From Eledone cirrhosa (Eukaryota), in NCBI GenBank assembly GCA_964016885.1, contig OZ024761.1, forward strand, positions 25,420,001-25,484,000: 64,000 bases of DNA. Reading direction: 5' to 3'. Of this stretch, positions 41,084 through 55,197 are shown one piece after another; position 1 is the stretch's first letter, and each line of letters opens with the position of its first letter. The notes under the pieces were generated by a model. It saw only the letters and a list, made by a program, of their open reading frames with translations, made no database searches and had not been told where the DNA came from. The translations under genes were made by a program, and so were the position numbers.

Positions 41084-42165
41084 TACATATATACGAACGT
41101 TGGCTTACTATGAAGGAGTAATGCTCCAGCTATGAAATCGTGCATGAGTTAATTTCAACGCTTCTTATTAGTAACTGCATCGTTTGTTTCCAGATACTAT
41201 GTTGAAAAATAAGCCCTATTTTGTCATTCCATGAGAGTATCCTTATCAGCCTTTTTGTCGATTCTTTTATACATAAAAGCAAAGGAAATGGAAACTTTTT
41301 TTTTTCGAGTAAAACCACGTGTATTTTCAGTCAGCTATATGCTTATATAGTAGCGATTTTCACAAAGCTTCGTCCACCTAATTTCTCTCATAAGGGACTG
41401 TTTAGCCCGTGAATATGGTAGAATAAGACTACAGATTGTGCTGCAAATCAGAGGGACACAACCCTATGCTACATGATTGAGAAGCAAAACCCTTAACCAG
41501 ACAGTCAGTTGTCTATGTTTTCCTTCACACTATATATCGTCTACTTGAAATAATTACAATACGCAATCGCTGCAGGAAGTCGAAAATTACTATATTACAG
41601 GGGAGAGAGGACGGTGAGGGAGGGGGAGAGTTTTAGAAAATCGTTTGTTGTCAGCCATTGTTACATACAGATCTCCATTGTTCCTCAGTAGGAATATATA
41701 TATAACCAACGGTATGAAAATAAAATGAATAAAACAAATTAAAATAAAATAATGTAGTCTAAAATAAAATGAAAAAACAAATGAATACATAATTCATAAA
41801 ATGACCAGTCATTCACCATGGGCGGGATATTAATGTTTAAATAATTACAATATGGTGGCTATTTCGTTTTTATTGGTTGTCTAAAATGGCTGCGCTGAAA
41901 ATGTCAGAGATACTTAGATGATGCTACACTAGACTAAAAGACCATTCTATTTATGAATAGCATCTGAACAAGAAAAAGACAAAATAAAGACAAATTCGGG
42001 AGAATATAGAAATAAAATCAAATAAAAATGGAATTGTTTAACAGCCATTCCAGACAATATATGGCCACCAAATATAATTATATACACCTATACACATATA
42101 CTGGCACACATACACACAGGCACAAATACACACACAGACACACATAGATTATTATATGCAAACAA

Positions 42166-42355
42166 GGGCGGTGGATTGGCAGTATTGGTAGAGGGTCGGA
42201 CGCCATGCTTTCCAGCATAGTTACGTCCCTTTACGGTCTGAGTTCAAATCCCGCCGAGGTTAAATTTGCCTTTCCGCCTTACGGGATTGATAAAAGTAAA
42301 GTACCAGTAATACACTGAATAATTTCTGGCCTTATGCAAAAAGTAGAAACAATTA
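42166..42355 (+). mobile_element. tRNA-derived SINE (main family), full length
   Basis: Family match. Confidence 0.92.
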
Positions 42356-42481
42356 TTTTATGCAAACATACATAACACATAATATAAATATATATATATA
42401 TATGTGTGTATGTATATATATATATTTATTATAATGAAATGACAGGAGACTGGACTTGTGTAAATCCTTGAAAGGTTTATT

Positions 42482-42529
42482 ATACTATGGTCATTTCAAT
42501 GACCGGGTTCCAGTGATATCATCAGGTAT
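42482..42529 (-). ncRNA. Minimal type I hammerhead ribozyme, intact core, in a PLE-like remnant (~42425-42678)
   Basis: atac-CTGATGA-t-atcactgg-aac-ccggtcat-t-GAAA-tgacca-TA-gtat. Stem II pairs 7 of 8, stem III has 3 bp, and the triplet is AUA. Confidence 0.75.
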
Positions 42530-43041
42530 TCGAAATATAATAAGTGAATGTAATGGATAACATCCATGGGGCTAAAAATCAAAGAACCGAGGAGGACCGC
42601 CATACAGCATATTCCACGTTTGCCGGTCGCCCTCAAGTGACGTAGCTAAAGCTTACAGTGTGCTACTACCGGTCAAATAGATGTGTGTGTGTGTATATAT
42701 ATATATGTATGTCTGTATGTGTGTATGTGTGCATGTATGTATATATGTGTGTATGTGTGTATAGGTATATACCATATACATATTTATATATAAATGTACA
42801 CATAAAACATATATATATATATATGTGCATACATATATATATATATATATGGATTGGTGTGTGTGTGGATAAATAATTTGGAGACGAAGACAGGCGAACA
42901 GAACGGGCATAGCTTCGTCAATTTCCTCACTCGCTCAATGGAACACGATGTTCCTATTATCAAAATTCGAACCCAGCTGGCCGGCGTGAACACTCTCGTT
43001 AAACAGCGAGGTAAACCACTCCGCCTATATATTTATATATA

Positions 43042-43103
<62 letters not shown>

Positions 43104-43228
43104 CATATATATATATATACATACATATATATATATACATATATACATATATACATATATACATATATACATATATATATACATATATATATATACATAT
43201 ATATATACATATATATATATATACATAT

Positions 43229-43351
<123 letters not shown>

Positions 43352-43392
43352 CATATATACATATATATATATATATATGTGTATATATATAC

Positions 43393-43427
<35 letters not shown>

Positions 43428-43595
43428 CATATATACCTATATATATATATATAGAAAAAGAGATGAAATCGAAAATGCAACTGGAGTCTTATTTTTTTTT
43501 AAAATATATATATTTATTTGGTTCCTTTACCGGTTTCGCAGTTCTTCTGCTTTTCAAAAGGTGAGTTGAGATGGAGGGTCTGTGGTTTTTCTCAG

Positions 43596-43968
43596 AGAAA
43601 TAAGAAACACATGCACCAGTAGCTTTCACTTCAATTTATTATAATACATTTATAAATTCAGGAATTTCTAAATTTCCGCTTGGTTGGTTCCTCAACCAGA
43701 TGGTTGTTTATATATCAAAGTTCTTTCGTCACACATTCTGTGACCTCTTCAGTGACTGGGGATTCTTTTCTTTCCTTTGCTTTTGTGCCTCTCCTTTGTT
43801 CTGTCCTACGCCAACCAACCAACCAACCGGAAATGTATAAATTCCTAAGTGAAAGCAACTGGTGGGTGTGTTTCTTATTGGCAACATGACCCTCCCAGAG
43901 TATAACAATATCGGTTTCAACACACGTTTTCAGAAAAAGAATCTTGCTAAACAAATTCAGAAACGAAA
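43596..43968. mobile_element. PLE family B remnant: inverted pLTR with hammerhead (43714-43757, -) plus tailed end
   Basis: Same organisation as 20913-21205, with a different fold-back point. Confidence 0.75.
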
Positions 43969-45199
43969 TATATATATATATATACATAAAATAGTTTCGT
44001 GAGAAAGCAGATGAGAATTATAATTAAAGGAAGTTAGTAAATACACGAGATAGGATTGACAAGAAAAAATAACAACAACAATAAAAAAACGTATTGCTCA
44101 TTCTGTATATATTAAATGTATGTTTAAAATATGAAGTGTATATTTTACGACACATTTATGATAGATTAATGTATCAATATTTATTATTGTCAAAATTACT
44201 GATGCATTTTAACAAACGTACTGACATATGTATGTATATGTATGTATGTATGGATTTGTGTGTATATATGTAAGTACGTGTGTTTGTATATGTATGTATG
44301 AACGTGTGCATAGTTATATATTTATGTACGTATATAAGTGTTTCTCTATATATATATATGTACGTTCGTATGTATGCATATATGTATCTACAATATTTGC
44401 TCGCCTACTGTACGCCCCACCGTATTTCACACCTCCTGGCTTCAGTAAAACATTTGAATAAAACATAATTTTACTGTATTTCTTCACGAATTTATTAAGA
44501 ATCATCTCCTTGATTTTTCAGAAAATCATATACAATTTCGACATAATTTTGCTTATAGAAATTATATTGTCGACAGTCGATCGACTTTCGTCAAAGCGGA
44601 CCGACGAAACAATGTTTTCATTTGTATTTCCAATTGCTAACACTCTTTATCGGTCGCAATTCCAGGTAGAAGGAGCGACGTGAAATAAAGTCTCTTGCCC
44701 AAGGACATAACGCATCGCCCGGCCCGAGAATTGAACTCACTACTTCACGATTGCGGATCCAATTCTCTAACCACTCAACCACGCGCCTACAAATAGTAAT
44801 ACAAAGTAAATATTCTTTAAAGCTTATTTTTCTTACCATCTGGTCGGACTCACATCGGTGATACTGACATATTGGACGCAAGGAGGAATTTAGATACGCT
44901 TCCGGGGACAAATATTGAGTACAATAGGTAGTTAATAGGTATGTGTGCATGTGTGTCTATTTTATGAGTATATATCTTTCTCTTATTCAATCTCAAGCCC
45001 CGGAGTTTTATCAGGCAAGTTCTCATCTTGTTTTCCTAGGCATTTAACGGTTGAGTGTTTAAGGATTCCCCATGAACAGGACGCTAGTCCATCACATACT
45101 GAACTCACAGCACCTACTCGTAATCATTATCAGATGTGTATTCTGAAACAACGCGAAATGAAGCGTCATACACGAGATCAAACTGAACCACCCAGTGCC

Positions 45200-45267
<68 letters not shown>

Positions 45268-45899
45268 TGCGTGTCTGCACTTGTTGAACTGTGGGTGTCG
45301 ATACTAAGGAAAAGTTCGTAATATGTTATCAACCAGACGAACTACACCATATCATATGTTTAAAGGCAATACACTTCTTCAAAATATCTTACTTCAGTTA
45401 ACAAAGGACATTCTCCTACCAACTCGCACCATCAAACATCTGTTCATTTCACTGGAATATCAATCTGAAATTGAATTACAGTATTCTATTCTTGCAAAAA
45501 GAAAAACCTCTAATATAAAATGTAAGCAACAATAACTGCAAAAGAATACGTAAATCTAAACAATTTTGGGAAACCAAACAAATGCTTAGTGATGCTGAAA
45601 TATAAAATTTAGCTGAAACTAAAATATATATGTCGTACTACTGAAACGTTTATCGAATGACCATGTTCCTCTCATGGAATGACCAAATGAGGTTTATATT
45701 TCAACATAGTCCCAAGAAAGAAACAATGCAGCTATTAATAAGAAGAGTTGAAATTAATGCATGCAAGATTTGACAGCACTAGCATTAATCCCTCGTATTC
45801 AGCCGACCAAGTATATATATATATATATCCAGGGAGTGTAACTTGAAGTTACTGTAGGTTCACCCAGCTGAGCACCCGATATTTAGCTTCAACAGCAGA

Positions 45900-45974
45900 G
45901 GTTGGATGAGCTTTAGATTCCAGAATCGGGCCAGCTCAAACCGTCAGCTGATCAATAGCGAAACGCGCGTCACC
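45900..45974 (+). ncRNA. Degenerate hammerhead (family E-like)
   Basis: ggt-TGGATGA-gct...agc-GAAA-cgcgcg-TC-acc. It has the typical PLE stem III ACGCGCGT, but the core is damaged. Confidence 0.55.
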
Positions 45975-46016
45975 AGTTAATTAACATAATGAAAGCTTAA
46001 CAAATCATCCTTGTAT

Positions 46017-46078
<62 letters not shown>

Positions 46079-46286
46079 TATTAAAACAATGAAATTAAAC
46101 CTTTTTTTGTTTAATTTCATTGTTTTAATATTTACTCTGTGTCCAATGAATTATATCATTGAAAATGTTGCATTGTAAACTTTGCTTCACGACATCTACA
46201 TACGGATTACATTGAGTTCTTCATACGGTTTAGACCCTACCATTGATTGGTAGATTTATCTGTATATATATATACAGATAAATCTA

Positions 46287-46325
<39 letters not shown>

Positions 46326-46916
46326 GGAAGTTCATAGGCTCTGACCAAGATACTCTCACGAAATGTCCAAATGAAGTAGATTTTTTCAAAATGGTCGCGG
46401 TTAAGAAACAATGCAATTATTAAGAAGATTTGATATTAATGCATGCAATATTTCATAGTCGTATTATCACTCATTCTTAGTCAGCATGTGGACTTCTAAT
46501 CTGAGCCTCGTATTCGTCGTATTATTTAATAAAACATGTGTTTTTGGAGTCCAATATGAGATCTTCGATTTTGTTGAAAGACCTGTTTGATATACCAAAT
46601 ATAAATGCATTTGAAATCGCACACCAATAATCCTAAATAGCCATTTATATTTCAAAAACAAGTACAATAATTTTTTGGTTAGGTAAAACACAATTAAATC
46701 CATTCTGACAGGCTTCTAGGCAGTTTACTTTTACATAATTCCACTCAAATACCTCAGGTTGACTTCAAGATATACCAAATATATACATCACTAAATACAT
46801 GACCGCTTAAAATGGTAGAAATAGCACTCAAATTTCGGTTAAATCTATGTATTGTCGCAAAGCATGACAACATCATGTTAGAAACGGCCCCACACAATTA
46901 TCAAAATGAAAATACA

Positions 46917-46974
<58 letters not shown>

Positions 46975-47084
46975 TTCGTTGACAAATATATCAATATGCC
47001 CAGACATGTAGATATATTGCCCTTGGTATGACACTGTTAGCTAATAGAACAATGTATTTCTAAGCACTCTTTGGTTATTCCTGA

Positions 47085-47126
<42 letters not shown>

Positions 47127-47610
47127 GGAGGCTTAGTAAAATTGAATCTTTGGCGGTGTGCAAGCAAATTCGACCAACGATATGAATGAGTTAGCAAAGC
47201 ACTCGACAAGGTAGGTCCTCAGAGTAATAACATACGTTTAAATAGCTTGACAAATTGAACATTGTGGTAAGCAAAATCTAACACACAATACCAAAGTAAC
47301 GAAAGAACTAACAGGTTGAAAAAAAAAAAAAATTATACATATATATATATAGTCAACGATTCTATGGCCTTGATCGTAAGCAATCAATAGGCATAATCAA
47401 TGGGACGACGTTGGATTAAATTATTTGGTAATTTTTCTGGCTCACGCCGCTCTGGGTTCGAAATCCGCCTAGCTCAACTTCGTCTTTCATCTTTTTTAGT
47501 TCCAAAACTAATCCAGCAGTGAACCAGATGGGAGTTCTTGTGATGTCAGATCTAGATCTGTTTAAAGCCCGCATTCTTTGGTCAAGAGTTGCCAACGTTA
47601 GCTCGCATCG

Positions 47611-47998
47611 GCAATGAAAAACGAATGGAAACATAGTTTTCTAGGTCTTATCTGACGCCACGAGGTTGACATTGGGCTAACTTCACAACAGACCACCAGA
47701 GCCTTACACAATAGTACACTTGTTAACATGATATATAAGTATTAGCAATGAAAAGAGCAATGGAAACATAGCCTTCTAGGTCTTATCTGACGGCATGAGG
47801 TTGACATTGGGTTAACTTCACAACAGGCCATCAGAGCCTTACACAATAGTACACTTGTTAACATGATATATGAGTATTAGCAATGAAAAGAGCAATGGAA
47901 ACATAGCTTTCTAGGTCTTATCTGACGGCATGAGGTTGACATTGGGTTAACTTCACAACAGGCGATCAGAGCCTTACACAATAGTAGAGTTGTTAACA
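47611..47998. repeat. Three tandem copies of a 135-bp unit
   Basis: gcaatgaaaagagcaatggaaacatag...cttgttaacatgatatataagtatta, starting at ~47611, 47745 and 47880. Confidence 0.95.
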
Positions 47999-48286
47999 CA
48001 CATTACGTTGCTTCACATCAGAGAATTTAACAGCATTACGCTTTTAGCTGTCCGTCATAATGAACTGTGAATTGCACACGTCGTTTGATAGCTTTTCATA
48101 CTGACAGGCGAATATATTGATAGGAAAATAGATTGAATATAATCACCAGCATTAGTTATTACTAATGTCACGGACTGCTGTAAAAAGCTGTGGTGAATTT
48201 GCTAGATTTAATCTAATTATCTACGTTTACAGAAGCGTAATGCTGTCGAAGACACATTATAGTAAATCACTGTGTAATAGTAATAA

Positions 48287-48860
48287 TAATTGGTTTTACT
48301 TTTGGCACAAGGCCAGCAATTTGAAGGGAAGGTCGAGGTTGATTAAATAGATCCCAGTGCGTTATTGGTGCATTATTTTACCGACCCAGTAAAGAAGAAG
48401 GCCAAAGCTAACCACGGCGTGATTTGAACTTAGAACGGAACGTAAAGAGCCACAACTTCGTACTGCAAAGCATGAGGTCAGATGCTTTACTGATACCGCT
48501 AACCCCCCGTCATAAATCATAGTGTATTATTTGTTCCTTCTTTAGATATAAGATCAGCAATATGAAGGGAAGAGGGTGGAACGACTATTAAATCGACCCC
48601 AGTGCATTACTGGTGCTTTATTTATCCATCCCGTAAAGAGAAAATGCAAAGCTAACCTAGGCGTGATTTGGTCCCACACCATCAAGGGTTATAAGTACTT
48701 CACACGAATCATCTTTGACGCTTTATCGATACTGTCAATCCAATCACATTTGAACATAATTTTAATGTTTCCTAATTTCGACACACAGCAAGAAAATTGG
48801 AGTTTCAGATAGGAGATTAAGTTGACCTCGTTGGGATTTGAACTCAGAATATAAAGGGGT
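48287..48860 (-). mobile_element. Three degenerate head-to-tail SINEs (long variant)
   Basis: Diverged family matches at ~48287-48510, 48530-48750 and 48765-48860. Confidence 0.7.
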
Positions 48861-49658
48861 TCTCTACATTGATAGACACTGCCAGGAGGCAATTGCGTGT
48901 GAAGTATTTGGAAAATCTTTAATGTCCATTTGAGGAAATCAAATAAATTAAGTTATAGAACTGGTTTAAAATTATATCATTTTAGACAACTTTGTAAATA
49001 TCTGCGGAGCTCAACAAATTTGTTATCAACAATAAGATATACGCTGTTTAGAAATTATCAGATTTGCATAGCGTTGGTTGTTAATGCGCCATTTTAGAAA
49101 GATGAATTAGTTGCTGAGAACATTAAGGCATTATGTGCACATACATATATTTACACATTAATAAAATTACATGCAACTACAGGGATACACACACACATAT
49201 ATATATATATGTATATACATGTATATATGTATATATGCACACACACACATATATACACATGTATATATAGATATATATACACACACATATATACACATGT
49301 ATATATAGATATATATATACACACACACATATATTTAAACACGTATATATATATATATATACACATTTATGTAAACTAGTTAGTTTACATATATATATAT
49401 GCAGAATACATGTGCGTGTGCGTGTGCGTGTGCGTGTGCGTGTGCGTGTGCGTGTGCGTGTGTGTGTGCGCGTGCGTGCGCGTGCGTGCGTGTGTATATG
49501 ATGAAGATGTCACCGATTGTTTTGAAATACTAGCGATGTCCCTCAAGGGGAGAAATTGGCACATTATCTTTTGAGAATCTCTGTGGATGGATTGAAATTA
49601 GAATTTCCAAAGTCTTCATTGCAATGATCAAAATGCAAAGGATATGTAAGTGAGATAT

Positions 49659-49953
49659 TTTCTTCTTCGACCACTTATTCCTGAGAGGGTCGTGGGAGAC
49701 AGGTCATCAAACTCTCCTTCCAGAAGGTCCTGTCAGAAACAACCATCATCAACTAAAGCGGATGGATCCTTAAGTGTGACCAGACAATCTACTGGATGTT
49801 ATCCAACCATCTTGCTCGGGGGTCTATCATTGGGTCTCTTGCCGGTTAGGTTTTCTCGCTATTCTTTCCTGATATATCCTAACCACATGATCATAGCATC
49901 GCATCTGTGATCTCTCAATTCGGAGAATTACTGGCCTTCTGCCTAAATGAGAA
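49659..49953 (-). mobile_element. RTE LINE 3' end
   Basis: LRIERSQMRCYDHVVRIYQERIARK...PTGKRPNDRP.ARWLDNIQ with a (GAA)n tail. The terminal ~60 bp also occurs at 20161-20222. Confidence 0.8.
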
Positions 49954-49974
49954 ACCCGGTGGATTGGCAGTAAG

Positions 49975-50770
49975 GGGCGGTGGATTGGCAGTATCGGTAG
50001 AGGGTCTGGCACTATGCTTTGCAGCAAAGAGTTACACCCCTTGATGGTTTGAGTTCAAATCCCGCCGAGGTTAACTTTGCCTTTCATCCTTACGGGGTCG
50101 ATAAAATAAAGTACCAGTAATGTACTGGTTATTTGCAGGCCTTGTGCCAAAAGTACAAACAATTATTATTAAGGTGGATGGGCAGTATTGTAAGAGCGTC
50201 ATATATTATGCTTTGCAGCATATATATGAACCTTTACGTTCTGAGTTCAAATCCCACCGAGGTTAACTAAGTATTTCATCCTTAGGAGTTCGATAAAGTA
50301 AAACACCCGTAATACACTGTAATACACTCTAATACACTGAGTAATTGCTGGCCTTGTAACAAAATTAGAAATATTATTATTATGATTAATGTCAGGGGAG
50401 GGTGGTGGGTTGGCAGTATCAGTAGAAGGTCGGACGCCATGCTTTGCAGCATAGAGTTACGGCCCTGTATGATCTGATTTCAAATCCTTTATGATCCGAG
50501 TTCAAAACTTTGCCCATCATCCTTACGGTGTCGATAAAATAAAGTACCAGTAAGGGTCGATTTAATCGACTTCCTCTTCCCAAAAATTGCTGGCCTTGTG
50601 CCTATATAAGAAAACATTATTAAGGTAAGGGTATGGACAGAATTATTAGACTGTAAGAAGTAATATTTCGTGATATTTGCTCCATTTCTTAACGATCTGA
50701 ATTCAAACGCCAGAAAAAGACAACTCCAATTCTCATTGTGCTGGGATGGCTAGGTTAAAATATCAGCTAT
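49975..50770 (+). mobile_element. Head-to-tail array of four SINEs of increasing divergence
   Basis: Copies at ~49975-50168, 50172-50380, 50400-50620 and 50625-50770. Confidence 0.85.
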
Positions 50771-51167
50771 TGAGCAACGTATCATATAAAACAATTTATA
50801 AAGATACTAGACTAGTATTTGAGCAAGATTTGGCTGTAGGTTCTTAAATATCACTCACAAACTAATAGAGATATTTTAAATTGAATGTGATTATTTCATC
50901 ACATCCTTAATAACTAAATAGGTGTCAGTCAGGTAGACATATTTGGAAAAGGGAATCTCCGCAGCGAAGAGATTTGCCAAAATATTTGGAAATCTAATAA
51001 AGAATTAAGACACTTAAGCAAATGGCGGACAGCCAGGTCTGTCAGATTTTATTGCAGATCTCTGTACATACATAAATACATACCTAGATGTATATACACA
51101 CAAATGTTTATATTATATGTATATATAGTGAGATACTCAGGTGTGTATCACTGTGTGTGTGTGTGCG

Positions 51168-51215
<48 letters not shown>

Positions 51216-51263
51216 CACACACATATGTATGTATGTATATATATATATATATACACACACATG

Positions 51264-51365
<102 letters not shown>

Positions 51366-51372
51366 TACACAC

Positions 51373-51419
<47 letters not shown>

Positions 51420-52447
51420 CAACACACACGCACAGATGTGTACATACATTATATGCATGTGTGTATGGGTTTGTGTGTATATATATATACATGTGTATAT
51501 ATATATACCTGTGTATATACTCAGGTGTATATATATATGTATATATATATACACGTGTATATATATATACAACACACAGAGACACGTGTCTATATATTAT
51601 ATATGTGTGTGTGTGTGTGGGTTTGTGTGTTTATATATATATATAAATGTGTAAATATATACACACACATATATATAAATATTATATAAATGGGTGTACG
51701 TGTCTATATATAAGCGTGCGTGCGTGCGTGCGTGCGTGAACGTTTGTGTAATTCTCAATATTTGTGTGTCTGCACACAAACCATTCTAGGCTATGCCCCA
51801 GCTTGGTCGCGGTCTCAAGAATAACAGCAGTGGCGGAGCAGTAAACATCTCTATATACACCTATGTACATAAATACTCAATCACTTAGTAATGTGTGATA
51901 AAATACTCCCCACAGAACGTGCTGAATATTCTGCTGGTTCTGCTTAAAGTATTCTATTGGTTGAATATCTTTAAGAATTCAATTTAGGCGAAAGGTCATG
52001 TTTGCGCCTCATTTTAACTAAATTCACACATATATATTTCCTCTCAGCCAAATTATGCAATCCACTTACCATCGTGCAGGTGGAAATGGAAAGAGATCGG
52101 GTTTTTTATTGTTGACTTATGTACTTTTACTGAAACTAGATTGTCTCCAAGTAATACTGAAGATAGCAAATAACAAGTGTGTGATACGTTTCGTAACACA
52201 GACAGAAATACACAGGTGCATACACATGCACACACGCACACGCATGGACACATTATATATATATATATATTATATATATTATATATATTATATATATATA
52301 TTTAATATAGAAATTGTTTCTACACTATATAAATATCTCTCTCTCTTTATATATATATAAATATATATATATTATATATATTATATATATATTTAATATA
52401 GAAATTGTTTCTGCAATATATAAATATATCTCTCTCTCTCTCTCTCT

Positions 52448-52486
<39 letters not shown>

Positions 52487-52494
52487 ATATATAA

Positions 52495-52672
52495 TTGATT
52501 ATACTTTTGGCACAAGACCACCAATTATTCCAGTGAATTACTGGTACTTTATTTTATCGACCCCGTAAGGATGAAAAGTAAAGTTAACCTCGGCGGGATT
52601 TGAACTCAGACCGTAAAGGGACGTAACTATGCTGGAAAGCATGGCGTCCGACCCTCTACCGATACTGCCAAT
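52495..52672 (-). mobile_element. tRNA-derived SINE (main family)
   Basis: Family match. Confidence 0.9.
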
Positions 52673-53234
52673 AATAGCACCTAGCTATATATACACTTAT
52701 ATAATTGTACCTGCAATATGGTGGCTACTACATCGATGTATAGCCAAGTGTATATATATATATATATATATGTATGTATATATATTTATTAAAATAACAG
52801 ATTATCGAGCCCTCTTTGGATTTTAGTCTTCAAATTTATTATTATTACTACATATATATATATCACCTAGCTATATATATACACTTATATAATTGTACCT
52901 GCAATATGGTGGCTACTACATCGATTTATAGCCAAGTGTGTGTGTGTATATATATATATATATGATGCATGCACATACACACATACATATAATTCCCAAA
53001 ATGCTATAACAGAGCCATAAAATTTACACCGTTCTACGCTGTATTTTTAGTCCTGTGAATGTAGAAGATTAATGAATACAATACAGTTTTATTTTCATGC
53101 CAATTGATGTGTGCAGTCCTCCCTACATACATTATATATACATGTGAATGGATTATATGCATGTATACAATACAGTTTTCATCTCAAAGGACGTGTGCGT
53201 GGTGTGTGTGTGCGTGTGTGTATGCATGTGTGTA

Positions 53235-53273
<39 letters not shown>

Positions 53274-53388
53274 CGATTTTCTTATTCATGTTTACCTTTT
53301 GTACATACACACACAATCATATATATATATATCTACAAGGATGTATAATGTGTATGCATAAAATAGTGTTTTCACCTCAAAGGATATA

Positions 53389-53434
<46 letters not shown>

Positions 53435-53508
53435 AAAAGAGAGAGAGAAAGAGAGAGAGAGAAAGAGAGAGAGAAAGAGAAAGAGAAAGAGAGAAAGAGA
53501 AAGAGAGA

Positions 53509-53576
<68 letters not shown>

Positions 53577-54410
53577 AAGAGAGATAGATAAAGAGAGAGA
53601 GAGAGGTCTGAATGTATAATATATAATATCAGTGTTTGTAGGATTTCTATCTATAATGGTTTGATTTTATTGTTCGAAATGGAATTATCAGTTTCACAGA
53701 TTCTTATTTTCACCGTTTCGCCACGTTGCCTTCTAAGCAAAGAGAGTTAACGATCACTACATTCTGTGGAATATATATTAATGACCACCAATGTTCACAA
53801 ATTAAATTAATTTAAATGTAGAAACCCATTATGTCTAATTAAACCATAATTAGTAGAATTGTCGGTATCTCATTTATCACTGTAATATCTGTTTAATCTA
53901 AACTATATCTACGTATATCAATCTATATGTATATACACACACACATGCATTAATATATATATATATATATATATATAAGGATATATATATATATATCATA
54001 TATATATATATATATAGTTAAAAGAATAGAGGTGTAACACACAAGTTATTATATATTGGTAAACGTTTACCAATATATATATATATATATATATATATAA
54101 GGATATATATATATATATATATAAGGATATGGATATATATATATATATATATATAAGGATATGGATATATATATATATATATATAAGGATATGGATATAT
54201 ATATATATATAAGGATATGGATATATATATATATATATGGATATATATATATATATATATATATAAGGATATATCTATATATATATATATATAAGGATAT
54301 ATCTATATATATATATATATAAGGATATATCTATATATATATATAAGGATATGGATATATATATATATATATATATAACCTTATATATATATATATCCTT
54401 ATATATATCT

Positions 54411-54465
<55 letters not shown>

Positions 54466-55146
54466 TATATATATATATATATATATATCCTTATATATAT
54501 ATATATATATATATATCCTTATATATATATATATATATATATCCTTATATATATATATATCCTTATATATATATATATATATATATCCTTATATATATAT
54601 ATATCCTTATATATATATATATATCCTTCAGGGGCGAGGGCTTTTTTGTGTAAAATTGACAGTCATCTATGCATACAAGTCTCCACGTCACCAATATTTT
54701 CCAATAAAGAGGCAACGGTCAACATAGCTTTGGACCAATAACGTCGTAATTCATTTCTAGAGCTGAGTAAACCGGAACAACGTGAAATAAATTGTTTCAC
54801 CCAACAATTCAACGCATTATTCGGGAATCGAACTCACGACCTACGACCTTCTAATTCCTACATCTCTCTCTCTCTCTCACACACACACATATAAATATTA
54901 TATATATATATAATAAAATATGGAGAAAAATACTGCAGGTAGCGCATGGATAACATGTAATAAAATGAGTCCCTCATCAGTGATTTGCCGACGATCATAG
55001 ATATTTCATTGCATTAAAAATCATATACCTCACGTCGGTGCAATAATAACTAAAATAAGTTATTAGGACAATTAAAACGCGTAAAGCGAGTGAGACAGGA
55101 GAACAACAAAGAGTATAGCTAACCGTAGGGGAATGAAACAAGCTTC

Positions 55147-55197
<51 letters not shown>

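Noticed and set aside
42878-43027. tRNA-like segment on the minus strand (GGCGGAGTGG...GGTTCGAAT)
   Set aside because: No cloverleaf and no second copy in the window. It is probably a retroelement head but cannot be assigned.
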